Positions 12,635-20,764 of a stretch of DNA of 25,623 nucleotides are shown here, piece by piece. The stretch covers positions 1 to 25,623 of the forward strand of contig JARKSN010000115.1 of NCBI GenBank assembly GCA_029974275.1. The letters run 5' to 3'. The notes below the pieces were generated by a model. The model searched no databases, had not been told where the DNA came from, and worked only from the letters and a program-made list of their open reading frames with translations. Positions within the stretch are counted from its first letter, which is position 1. Each line of letters opens with the position of its first letter. The translations under genes and the position numbers were made by a program. Source of the DNA: Candidatus Hydrogenedentota bacterium. GTDB lineage: Bacteria > Hydrogenedentota > Hydrogenedentia > Hydrogenedentales > SLHB01.

Positions 12635-13618
12635 TCACTCGCGCCGGTGACCGTTCACGAGCAGATGCATGACGGCCATGCGGACCGCGACGCCGTTGGT
12701 CACTTGTTCGAGGATGACGTTGCGCGGCCCATTGGCCACGTCGGAAGATATTTCGAGGTCGCGGTTCATGGGGCCGGGGTGCATGATGATGGCATGCCCC
12801 GGCGCGGCCTTTAGCGATTCCGCGTCGACGCGGAACAGACGGATGTATTCGCGCATGCTCGGGAACAGGCACTTGGCTTGCCGTTCGAGTTGAATCCGCA
12901 ACACATACACCACGTCCGCATCGTGAATGGCCTCCCGCAAATCACAGGTCACGCGCGCGCCCATGCGGTCGATTCCCGGCGGCAGCAAGGTGCGCGGGCC
13001 GCACAACGTCACGTGCGCGCCGAGTTTGGTCAACCCCCAGACATTGCTGCGCGCGACGCGGCTGTGCGCGATATCGCCAATGATCGCGACGCGCACGCCG
13101 TCGAGGCTTGCGGCGGGGTCCTGACGCATCTTCCGCACATGTTCGCGGATCGTAAACGCATCGAGCAGGCCCTGCGTCGGGTGCTCGTGTGCGCCATCGC
13201 CCGCGTTGATGATTTGAGAATGATGGCGCTCGGCCAACATCCGCGACACCCCCGCGTGATTATGGCGGATAACGACGATATCGCTGTGCATCGCCTCGAT
13301 GTTGTCGAGGGTGTCGTGGAGGGTTTCGCCTTTTTTGGCGCTCGAGGCCTGCACGTTCATCGTGAGGGTGTCGGCGCTCAACCGTTTGGCGGCGAGCTCA
13401 AACGAGGTGCGCGTGCGCGTGCTCGGCTCAAAAAACCAGTTCACGACAAGCCGCCCCTGCAACAACGGCACCTTTTTGATGCCGCTCTCGCGCTGCGATA
13501 CGGCCAAGAACTGCGGAGCGGTGTCGAGAATCATCTCGATCTCGGCCCGCGAAAGGTCCTCCAATCCGATGAGGTCTTTTCGCGTCCAGCGCATGGGTTC
13601 GGCGGCGCCTGTGACCAT
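12635..13618 (-). CDS. pyrB: Aspartate carbamoyltransferase catalytic subunit
   Basis: FFEPSTRTRTSF, KGETLHDT, INAGDGAHEHPTQGLLD, LRIQLER, MHPGPMNR, QVTNGVAVRMA; ATG overlaps the pyrR stop (TAATG). Confidence 0.97.
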   Translation of the reverse strand: MVTGAAEPMRWTRKDLIGLEDLSRAEIEMILDTAPQFLAVSQRESGIKKVPLLQGRLVVNWFFEPSTRTRTSFELAAKRLSADTLTMNVQASSAKKGETLHDTLDNIEAMHSDIVVIRHNHAGVSRMLAERHHSQIINAGDGAHEHPTQGLLDAFTIREHVRKMRQDPAASLDGVRVAIIGDIAHSRVARSNVWGLTKLGAHVTLCGPRTLLPPGIDRMGARVTCDLREAIHDADVVYVLRIQLERQAKCLFPSMREYIRLFRVDAESLKAAPGHAIIMHPGPMNRDLEISSDVANGPRNVILEQVTNGVAVRMAVMHLLVNGHRRE

Positions 13619-14217
13619 TAGTCAGTACCCCCTGTGGCCTCCGGACTTCTTCGCTCCAGCAACACTGCGTCTTCTCCGTCCGTCTCCGCCAGCTTGACGG
13701 AGACATGGTCGTGCGGGCTGGTCGCCAGCGACCAGCCGAGATAATCGGCCTGAATGGGCAGTTCGCGCAACCCGCGATCGACGAGGCCTGCAAGCTGAAT
13801 GCGCCGCGGCCGGCCATAATCCATCACCTCGTCCAAGGCGGCGCGCACGGTGCGGCCCGTCGAGAGCACATCGTCCACCAACACGACCGTGACGCCATCG
13901 ACGTCGAAGTCAAAATGCGTTGCGCGCGATGCGATGCCGGACATGTCCGACGGCATCCTGCCGCTGCGCAAATCGTCGCGATAGAGGGTCGTGGCCAAGC
14001 TTCCCACGCGCGGTTTTTGGCCGACCATCCCCGCGATCTGACCGGCGATGCGGTCCGCCAGCGGGCGGCCGCGGCTCAAAATGCCCAGCAACGCCAACGA
14101 GTCCACGTCGGGGTTGTCGGCGACAATCTCTTGGGCTATGCGGCGGATCGCCATGCCGATGGCATCCGCGTCCATGACCACCGTGATTTCCAGGCGGGCG
14201 TTTTCAGAGGCGCTCAT
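13618..14217 (-). CDS. pyrR: PyrR-family pyrimidine operon regulator / uracil phosphoribosyltransferase
   Basis: TLYRDD, VVLVDDVLSTGRTVRAALD (PRPP loop), GRP, LVDRGLRELPIQADYLG; directly upstream of pyrB. Confidence 0.95.
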   Translation of the reverse strand: MSASENARLEITVVMDADAIGMAIRRIAQEIVADNPDVDSLALLGILSRGRPLADRIAGQIAGMVGQKPRVGSLATTLYRDDLRSGRMPSDMSGIASRATHFDFDVDGVTVVLVDDVLSTGRTVRAALDEVMDYGRPRRIQLAGLVDRGLRELPIQADYLGWSLATSPHDHVSVKLAETDGEDAVLLERRSPEATGGTD

Positions 14218-14319
14218 ATCGGATTCCTGGCTCGCGCATTTTCACGGACGATGCCCATGCGCCGCGTCTTCACGAGGCGCGGCGAAAATGCTCCAGCGGG
14301 TTGCGGCCTTGGCGCACAC

Positions 14320-14356
14320 AAAAAAGCCCCCCTCATGACCAATGAGCAGGGTTTTT
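14320..14356 (-). terminator. Intrinsic terminator-like hairpin in the pyrR leader (candidate attenuator)
   Basis: Minus strand AAAAACCCUGCUCAU-UGGUC-AUGAGGGGGGC-UUUUUU: ~9 bp stem with one mismatch plus a U6 tract, ~100 nt upstream of the pyrR ATG. Confidence 0.7.
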
Positions 14357-14365
14357 AGGTTTCAT
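14333..14365 (-). CDS. Putative 10-aa leader peptide MKPKNPAHWS overlapping the pyr terminator
   Basis: ATG AAA CCT AAA AAC CCT GCT CAT TGG TCA TGA; the stop lies in the 3' arm of the hairpin. No well-spaced SD, so translation is unproven. Confidence 0.25.
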   Translation of the reverse strand: MKPKNPAHWS

Positions 14366-14400
14366 GTGCCGGCACGGTGTTCGTTCCCAATCCTGGGAGG

Positions 14401-14430
14401 ATTCTACATGGCCACTCCCGCCCGGTTCAA
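14401..14430 (-). promoter_or_regulatory. Putative promoter of the pyrR-pyrB-degT unit
   Basis: Minus strand TTGAAC (14430-14425), 18 nt spacer, TAGAAT (14406-14401). Confidence 0.55.
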
Positions 14431-14455
14431 CCGGCAGGAAACACCGGCAGGAAAC
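14430..14455 (+). repeat. Perfect 13-bp tandem repeat ACCGGCAGGAAAC x2, followed by degenerate copies to ~14490
   Basis: 14430-14442 and 14443-14455 are identical; GGCGGGAA, GGCTGGGAAC and GCAGGGAAGC follow. Confidence 0.85.
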
Positions 14456-14594
14456 GGCGGGAAGGGCTGGGAACAGAGACGCAGGGAAGCGGTTCCGCAT
14501 TGGCGCAGCATCACCGATCATTTCTTCCATTGTTGGGAGCGGCGCGGGTGCGGTATGATGATTCGCCACAATGCGTCGGAGGATCGTTTCACAC

Positions 14595-16013
14595 ATGACG
14601 GCCCGTGCGGAAAACAGGATGGCGTTTCGCGTGCGCGGACGGCAATGGCGCCGGCCCTTGTTTTTGCTGGCGTTGGCGGCGTGCGATTTGGCGTCGCCGG
14701 TGGCGGCGTGGTATGTCGCCTACCGGCTGCGATACGAAGGCATTCCGTTCGCCCCGCCGGCGGCGGAGATCTTGGCCCTTTCGAGCGTGCAGCTGTCCCT
14801 TGTGGCGACGGCCTTGGCGCATGCGTTTGCGATGCGGCAAGGCGGGTTCTACCGGCTGCATGCGACGTGGCTTCCGCTGGATTTCGTTTTTCGATTGGCG
14901 TTTCTGGAAGTCTTTACGGCGCTCATGTATTTCGTGACGGCCTCGGCCTTGCACACGAACGTCACGTCGCGCGTCTTCGTGGCATACCTGGCGCTTGTCT
15001 CCTTCGCCCTGAGCATGGGGATCAAGCTGGGCGCCCGGATCGTGGTGTTGCTGATGTTGTGTTTCGGAATCGGCGTCAAAAAAGTCGCGCTTGCGGGCAA
15101 TGTCGACGTTATACGGCGCCTGCACCAGCTTTTCACCGGGCATCCCCATTGGGGATACCGCGTCCAAGCGGTCCTGCTCCACGGCTCCGATGAGATGCGC
15201 TTTGACCCGGGTTCCGTCAGCACGATGCGCAGCGGCCCGGCTTCGCGTCTATTTCGCGCTCTGGCGGACCGCAGCCCAGACGTAGTCGTCGTCGCCACGG
15301 CAGGCCAGCGCGGCGACGAGATGGCCGAATTGGTCGCGGAATGCATGGCCCGCCGGATCGAAGTGCGGCTGGTTCCCGAGTTTTCCGAACTCTATACGTC
15401 CAAGCGCCAGATCGATCGGATCGGCAACGCTTCGATGGTCTGTTTGCATGCCCAGGGGATCTCGTGGACGGCGGCGTTCTTCAAGCGCGTCGTCGACGTA
15501 GCGCTGGCGGTTCTGTTGCTGCCCCTTCTTGGGGTGGCGACGGCGGCATGCGCCTCCCGGGCAAAACGACGCGGCGCGCCCGTGTTCACGGCGGTTCCTC
15601 GCGTCGGCATGCAGGGGCGGCTTTTTGCGTTGTACCGTTTTCACCCGCTCCTCTTCGTCCGTTCCGGAGAAGATGCGGCCGGTCCTGTCGCGATGCCGGC
15701 GTGGGGGGTCGCGTTGCCGCAAATCTTGAATGTGCTGCGCGGCGAGATGAGTTTTGTAGGCCCGGGCGCAAGCGATCCGGAGCGGACGGCGCATTTCAGT
15801 TCGTGGGAGAAACGCAAACTGGCCGTGCGCCCTGGCATCGTGGGGTTTTGCGAAGTCAACGAAGCGCGCGACAGCCATGATCCGGCGGAGCGGATGGGGT
15901 GGGATATCGGCTACGTCGAACGGCAATCAATGGCCTTCGACGTGAACGTGTTGGCGGCGGGGATCATGCGCATGCTATCGCGGCGCGACCGGGTGACCGT
16001 ATGGACGAATTGA
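14595..16013 (+). CDS. WcaJ/WbaP-like polyprenyl phosphoglycosyl transferase (bacterial sugar transferase family), catalytic motifs degenerate
   Basis: Four N-terminal hydrophobic helices, a CoA-binding-like middle domain, then FKRVVDVALA, RVGMQGRLF, LPQILNVLRGEMSFVGP, VRPGIVG, DIGYVERQS. Start 14595 (GGAGG at 14578-14582); 14571 and 14619 are alternatives. Confidence 0.85.
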   Translation: MTARAENRMAFRVRGRQWRRPLFLLALAACDLASPVAAWYVAYRLRYEGIPFAPPAAEILALSSVQLSLVATALAHAFAMRQGGFYRLHATWLPLDFVFRLAFLEVFTALMYFVTASALHTNVTSRVFVAYLALVSFALSMGIKLGARIVVLLMLCFGIGVKKVALAGNVDVIRRLHQLFTGHPHWGYRVQAVLLHGSDEMRFDPGSVSTMRSGPASRLFRALADRSPDVVVVATAGQRGDEMAELVAECMARRIEVRLVPEFSELYTSKRQIDRIGNASMVCLHAQGISWTAAFFKRVVDVALAVLLLPLLGVATAACASRAKRRGAPVFTAVPRVGMQGRLFALYRFHPLLFVRSGEDAAGPVAMPAWGVALPQILNVLRGEMSFVGPGASDPERTAHFSSWEKRKLAVRPGIVGFCEVNEARDSHDPAERMGWDIGYVERQSMAFDVNVLAAGIMRMLSRRDRVTVWTN

Positions 16014-16020
16014 GGGCGTC

Positions 16021-17082
16021 ATGTTAATTGTGCGGGCCCCGGTGCGGATCAGCTTTTTCGGCGGGGGGACGGATCTGCCGAGCTATTATACGCGCCACGG
16101 CGGCGAGGTCATCAGCGTATCGATCAACAAGCATTTTTACGTCCTCGTGACCGAAGAGCCCGAGAATCGCATTCAAATCATCTCGGCGGACCTGCGCGTG
16201 ATGCAAACGCTCGACAACCTGCATCCGCACGACGTTGCGGGCGAACTTCAGATACCGCTGGCGGCGATTCAATTTATTGGCCTCGATCGCGGGGCCAACA
16301 TCTTCCTCGCCTCGGAAATTCCGCCGCAAACCGGGCTGGGGTCGTCGGGCGCGGTGAGCGTGTGCATGGTCAAGGCGTTGAGCGCTTTCACGGGAAAACA
16401 TTTCGACCGGCAGGGAATCGCCGAAGCGGCGTATCACATCAATGCGGGAATGCTGGGCCACCCCGGCGGCAAGCAGGATGAATACGGATCGGCCTTTGGC
16501 GGCCTCAAACACATTCAATTTCGCGCGGACGGCGTGACGGTGCGACCGCTTGACCTGGACCCCGTCGTGTTGCGTGAATTGGAATCCAACATCTTGTTGT
16601 TTTTCACCGGAAACGCCCGCGCTTCGGCGACAATCCTCAGCCGTCAAAAAGATGCGTGCGCGGCGGAAAAGGCCGATACGGTCGATGCATTGACCGAAAT
16701 CAAGGACATGGTGCGCGAAGGCCTCGCCATGCTTGAATCGGGCGAATTGCGCCGTTTCGGCGAATTGCTCCATCGAACCTGGGAAACAAAAAAACGCGTC
16801 GCCCCCGGCATCTCGAACCCTGTCATCGATCAACTCTACGACGCCGCGATCGCCAACGGAGCCGTTGGCGGCAAAATCGCTGGCGCGGGCGGCGGCGGCT
16901 TTTTGATGGTCTATGCCGAGGGGGACGCTCGCGCTGCGGTATCGAGGGCCATGCGGCAAGCCGGCGCGCGCGAGATGCTGTTCGCCTTTGATCACGACGG
17001 GGTCACGGTCGTGCACGATGACCCGTTCTTCGGATCTCGAACCGGCGCGGCTTCGCCGTGGCGCCTGGTGGAATTGTCATGA
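16021..17082 (+). CDS. hddA: GHMP-family sugar kinase, D-glycero-alpha-D-manno-heptose-7-phosphate kinase-like
   Basis: RAPVRISFFGGGTD, PPQTGLGSSG (ATP loop), GKQDEY, GGKIAGAGGGGF; starts 7 nt after the transferase stop. Confidence 0.85.
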   Translation: MLIVRAPVRISFFGGGTDLPSYYTRHGGEVISVSINKHFYVLVTEEPENRIQIISADLRVMQTLDNLHPHDVAGELQIPLAAIQFIGLDRGANIFLASEIPPQTGLGSSGAVSVCMVKALSAFTGKHFDRQGIAEAAYHINAGMLGHPGGKQDEYGSAFGGLKHIQFRADGVTVRPLDLDPVVLRELESNILLFFTGNARASATILSRQKDACAAEKADTVDALTEIKDMVREGLAMLESGELRRFGELLHRTWETKKRVAPGISNPVIDQLYDAAIANGAVGGKIAGAGGGGFLMVYAEGDARAAVSRAMRQAGAREMLFAFDHDGVTVVHDDPFFGSRTGAASPWRLVELS

Positions 17083-17450
17083 CGACTCGCTTTTCGCCGC
17101 GTGCGACTCATGGACGGCCCGTCCGCCAAGCCTTGTTGGCGACGCTGTTGTTGGTCGCGCATGCGGCGGCGACGACGGCGGCGATCATGGCCGTGTGGAC
17201 GGTGATGGATCGCCGTATGGACAAGGCGGTGGCGCGCGACGTCGCGCGGAGAGTCGATGCGTTGTTGGGCGATCGCAGCATGGCGGAAGCGGAGGCTTGG
17301 CTGATCGAGACGGCGAACCGGCGTCCTCGCATTACGGTCGAGTTGGTCCATCGCTACGAGGAGTACCTGCCCGTAATGCCCAAACTCGCGCATCGCCTGG
17401 GAGCCCGACCCGGCCCGAACGGGGCATGGACGATTTCGGACGTCCGCTGA
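17079..17450 (+). CDS. Small hypothetical membrane protein (123 aa)
   Basis: ATGA overlap with the hddA stop; one hydrophobic segment ALLATLLLVAHAAATTAAIMAVWTVM; fills the gap up to the GH20 gene. Confidence 0.65.
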   Translation: MTTRFSPRATHGRPVRQALLATLLLVAHAAATTAAIMAVWTVMDRRMDKAVARDVARRVDALLGDRSMAEAEAWLIETANRRPRITVELVHRYEEYLPVMPKLAHRLGARPGPNGAWTISDVR

Positions 17451-17492
17451 CGGAAACCAGACGGCCCTTGGGCCCAACAGGAGGAAACATCG

Positions 17493-19451
17493 ATGAAATC
17501 GCGAACGCTAGGCATGGCGTTGGGAACCCTGATGCTGGCAGCGGCGATGGCGGGATGCGCCACGCACAACCGGAGAGACAAGGAGGCTACGCCCGAAATG
17601 AAAGCGTCTGCCGAGAATATCGCGTCGCGTTGCGGCGAGTGGCTATTGCTGCCGGCGCCCCGCACGATAGCGTTTGAGAAAGGAATGTGCGCGATCGGCA
17701 AGCCCCGCGTGGAGATGGAGGGGATTGACGCGGAAGCGGAGGCGCGCATCGAGATGTGGATATTGAATGCCTTGGCGGCGCGCCGGGACACGGATCCGCA
17801 TGCATGCACGGCGTCTTTGCGCGTGGACCCGGGCGCGATCGCGCATCCGCAGGGCTATGCATTGCGCATACGGCCCTCCGGAATCGAGATTACGGGGCAT
17901 GATGCCGCCGGCGTCTTTTACGGGGTGATGACGCTGTGGCAATTGGCGACGCAATCCGCACGGCCCGGCGCGTTGCCTTGCGTCGATATCGCGGACTGGC
18001 CGGACTTCCCCAATCGCGGCGTGATGCTCGACATATCCCGCGACAAAGTGCCGGAGATGGAGACGCTCTACGCCATCGTCGACATGATGGCGAAGTGGAA
18101 GCTGAATCAACTGCAATTGTACACCGAGCACACCTTTGCCTATCGCGATCACCACCTCGTCTGGGAAAATGCCTCGCCCATGACGCCGAGGCAAATTCGC
18201 CAACTGGACGCGTACTGCAAGGCGCGCTACATCGAACTCGTGCCGAACCAAAACTCCTTTGGCCACATGGGGCGCTGGTTGCAATTTCCCGAATACGAAC
18301 CGTTCTGCGAGACGGCGGGAGGCGGCAGCGATCTCTGCCCCGTCAATCCGACGAGCGTGGAGTTTCTGCGCGGCCTCTATGCCGATTTGCTTCCGAATTT
18401 CTCGAGCAGGCAGGTCAATGTCGGCTGCGACGAAACGTGGACCTTGGGCAAGGGACGCAGCGCCGAAGCTGTGCGAGAGAAGGGGACGGGCCGCGTCTAC
18501 CTCGATTTTCTTCTGAAAATACATGGCTTGACGACGGCGCACGGTTCGCGGATGCAGTTCTGGGGGGACATCATTATGCAGCACCCGGAATTGGTGTCCG
18601 AATTGCCCAAGGATATCATCGCATTGGAGTGGGGGTACGAGGCCGATCACCCCTTCGCCGAACATGGCAAGCGTTTTGCCGCATCAGGCATCCCTTATTA
18701 TGTGTGCCCCGGCACAAGCACGTGGCTTTCGCTGGTCGGGCGCACGGACAACGCCGTCAAGAATCTGCGCAACGCCGCCGAAAACGGCCTGGCCAACGGC
18801 GCCATCGGCTACCTCATCACCGATTGGGGCGATTGCGGCCACTGGCAGTATCTGCCTGCTTCCTACCTGGGCTTTGCGTACGGCGCCGGAATGAGTTGGT
18901 GCGTGGATCGCAACAAGGACATGAACCTGCCGCGCGCGCTGGATGAGTTCGCGTTTCAGGACGCCGCGCGCGTCATGGGTTCGTTCGCGCACGATCTCGG
19001 CAACGCCTACCTTCGCACGGGCGCCACGGTGAGCAACGGGACGGTCTTCTACACCTTGCTGCAGCTCCAGCCCGAAGAGCCCCTTGCGAAAACGCCTGCA
19101 AAGTCCATCACCCGGGAAACGCTGCAAGCGACGATCGACTACCTAAATGCTCTTTCCGTAAAATTGTCCGAAGCTCAAATGGGCCGCCCCGACGCTGACC
19201 TAATCGTGCGCGAATACCGACAGCAGATCGCCGTGATGAAGTTTGCGTGCCGTCTCGGCCAGGCCCGAGTGGACGCCGGCGGCGTCGCGACGTCAAAATT
19301 GCCCGCCAATGTCCGGCGCGCGCTGGCCGAGGAACTGGCGCCGCTTATTCCGGAGCACCGGCAATTGTGGCTTGCGCGCAACCGGTGCGGCGGGCTCCGG
19401 GAAAGCGCCGATCGTTTTGAAAATCTGTTGCGGTCGCTGCAGACCCCGTAA
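17493..19451 (+). CDS. GH20 beta-N-acetylhexosaminidase, predicted lipoprotein
   Basis: AGGAGG SD; lipobox MAGC; PQGYALRI, DWPDFPNRGVMLDISR, ELVPNQNSFGH, VNVGCDE (catalytic Asp-Glu pair), FWGD. Confidence 0.92.
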   Translation: MKSRTLGMALGTLMLAAAMAGCATHNRRDKEATPEMKASAENIASRCGEWLLLPAPRTIAFEKGMCAIGKPRVEMEGIDAEAEARIEMWILNALAARRDTDPHACTASLRVDPGAIAHPQGYALRIRPSGIEITGHDAAGVFYGVMTLWQLATQSARPGALPCVDIADWPDFPNRGVMLDISRDKVPEMETLYAIVDMMAKWKLNQLQLYTEHTFAYRDHHLVWENASPMTPRQIRQLDAYCKARYIELVPNQNSFGHMGRWLQFPEYEPFCETAGGGSDLCPVNPTSVEFLRGLYADLLPNFSSRQVNVGCDETWTLGKGRSAEAVREKGTGRVYLDFLLKIHGLTTAHGSRMQFWGDIIMQHPELVSELPKDIIALEWGYEADHPFAEHGKRFAASGIPYYVCPGTSTWLSLVGRTDNAVKNLRNAAENGLANGAIGYLITDWGDCGHWQYLPASYLGFAYGAGMSWCVDRNKDMNLPRALDEFAFQDAARVMGSFAHDLGNAYLRTGATVSNGTVFYTLLQLQPEEPLAKTPAKSITRETLQATIDYLNALSVKLSEAQMGRPDADLIVREYRQQIAVMKFACRLGQARVDAGGVATSKLPANVRRALAEELAPLIPEHRQLWLARNRCGGLRESADRFENLLRSLQTP

Positions 19452-19552
19452 CGCCGCGTCGGTCCGCTTCATCGCAACGCGTTTCCGGCGTTGGTGGGCC
19501 CATAAACGCGCCGCTCGGGAGCGATTCCAACGTCATCGAATCCATCGGCCGC

Positions 19553-20617
19553 CTACAGTTTGTAGGCGTGCACGGGATTTCGCTTGAGCAACGAGATGAT
19601 GCGCATGACCCCGATCGCCTCGTCGAGCGTCACCGGAAAAGCCTTGCCCAAGCGAAGGGCCTTGTAGAGCTCATCCCAAAAATCAAGCGGTTTTTTGGGC
19701 GCAACGGGAATTGTCTTTTCCACCCACGCCAGTTCCTCGGGCGTGGCAGTATGGAGGCGCGGCGTTTTGACGATCGGTTTGCGGGCGCGCGGAATGCGAC
19801 GCGGGTCGAGGTGCCGAAGCGTGATGGTCGCGTCGTCGCAAGTCAGCGCGCCCCTGGTTCCGGCCACGTAGTAGACGGGCAGGTTCAAGGCCGAACCGCC
19901 GCTAATGGTGATGTGGACGACGCAATCGCTCGCGCCTGTCAGCGCGACGTTGAGATAATCCTCGGCATCGCCCGCGGCCACGATTTTTTTGAGAGAACAC
20001 CAGGTCGATTTGATGGGCCGTTGGGGCGCCCCGAGAAATTGGAGCGCGTGATCGATGAGGTGCGGGCCCCAATTGCGAAGCTGACCGCCGCCGAACCGTT
20101 CGAGCGTTTGCCAATCGTCGCGTCGCTGATACGAGGTGCGCGCCAGCCGAATGTCGTATACCTCGCCCAAGACTCCGGACGCGATGATCTCGCGAACATG
20201 CTGGAACCCCAGTTCAAAGCGGCGATTTTGGCGGATGAATAGCTGTCCTTGCGCGGCGGCGGCGGCGGTTTTTAGCCGCTTCGCCTCGGCATACGTCACG
20301 GTCATGGGCTTTTCAAGCAGAACGTCCTTCCCGGATTTGAGCGCGGCGATGGCGTGCGCATAGTGGTCTGCCGACACGGTGGCGATCGAGATCAGATCGA
20401 CATTGGGATCGGCGAACAACTCCTCCATGCGCGCATAGACGGCGCAGCCGGAATAGGTCTTGGCGAACCGTTTGCGCCAAGGCGCATACGGGTCACATCC
20501 CGCGCTCAGCGTAAACTGTTTGGAAGCGCCCATGATTTCGGCGCTGTGCATTCCAAAGCCTGCACGCCCCAACCCCAAAAGGCCCACTCGGACCGGACGC
20601 AGACGCGCTTTCGTCAT
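19553..20617 (-). CDS. Gfo/Idh/MocA family NAD(P)-dependent oxidoreductase
   Basis: AAGGAG SD; GLGRAG, LLEKP, QNRRF, GGGQLRNWGPHLID. Confidence 0.92.
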   Translation of the reverse strand: MTKARLRPVRVGLLGLGRAGFGMHSAEIMGASKQFTLSAGCDPYAPWRKRFAKTYSGCAVYARMEELFADPNVDLISIATVSADHYAHAIAALKSGKDVLLEKPMTVTYAEAKRLKTAAAAAQGQLFIRQNRRFELGFQHVREIIASGVLGEVYDIRLARTSYQRRDDWQTLERFGGGQLRNWGPHLIDHALQFLGAPQRPIKSTWCSLKKIVAAGDAEDYLNVALTGASDCVVHITISGGSALNLPVYYVAGTRGALTCDDATITLRHLDPRRIPRARKPIVKTPRLHTATPEELAWVEKTIPVAPKKPLDFWDELYKALRLGKAFPVTLDEAIGVMRIISLLKRNPVHAYKL

Positions 20618-20764
20618 GACGTATTTCTCCTTTATCTCCGGGACGGTTGCATCCGCCGCTGATTTGTATCGCCGTTTTCACAACGGTGATCGAGGCATCA
20701 ACCTTCGACGCGCTCTGCCTCGGGGCAAGGCATTGCGCCAATCCGGCCTCAATCCTGAGGGGGG

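Noticed and set aside
14389..14402. AATCCTGGGAGGAT, a 13/14 match to the PyrR-binding consensus
   Set aside because: It is on the plus strand, antisense to the pyrR transcript, overlaps the predicted -10/+1 region and lacks the flanking CUUUAA/AAGG arms.
14430..14490. Repeat array as a CRISPR remnant or IS end
   Set aside because: Units are 13 bp or less with no unique spacers; no cas or transposase gene is present.
19553..20617. Gfo/Idh/MocA gene as the WbpB step completing a WbpA-WbpB-WbpE diamino-uronate pathway
   Set aside because: It is 7 kb away and separately transcribed, shows only generic family motifs, and no WbpD-type acetyltransferase is present.
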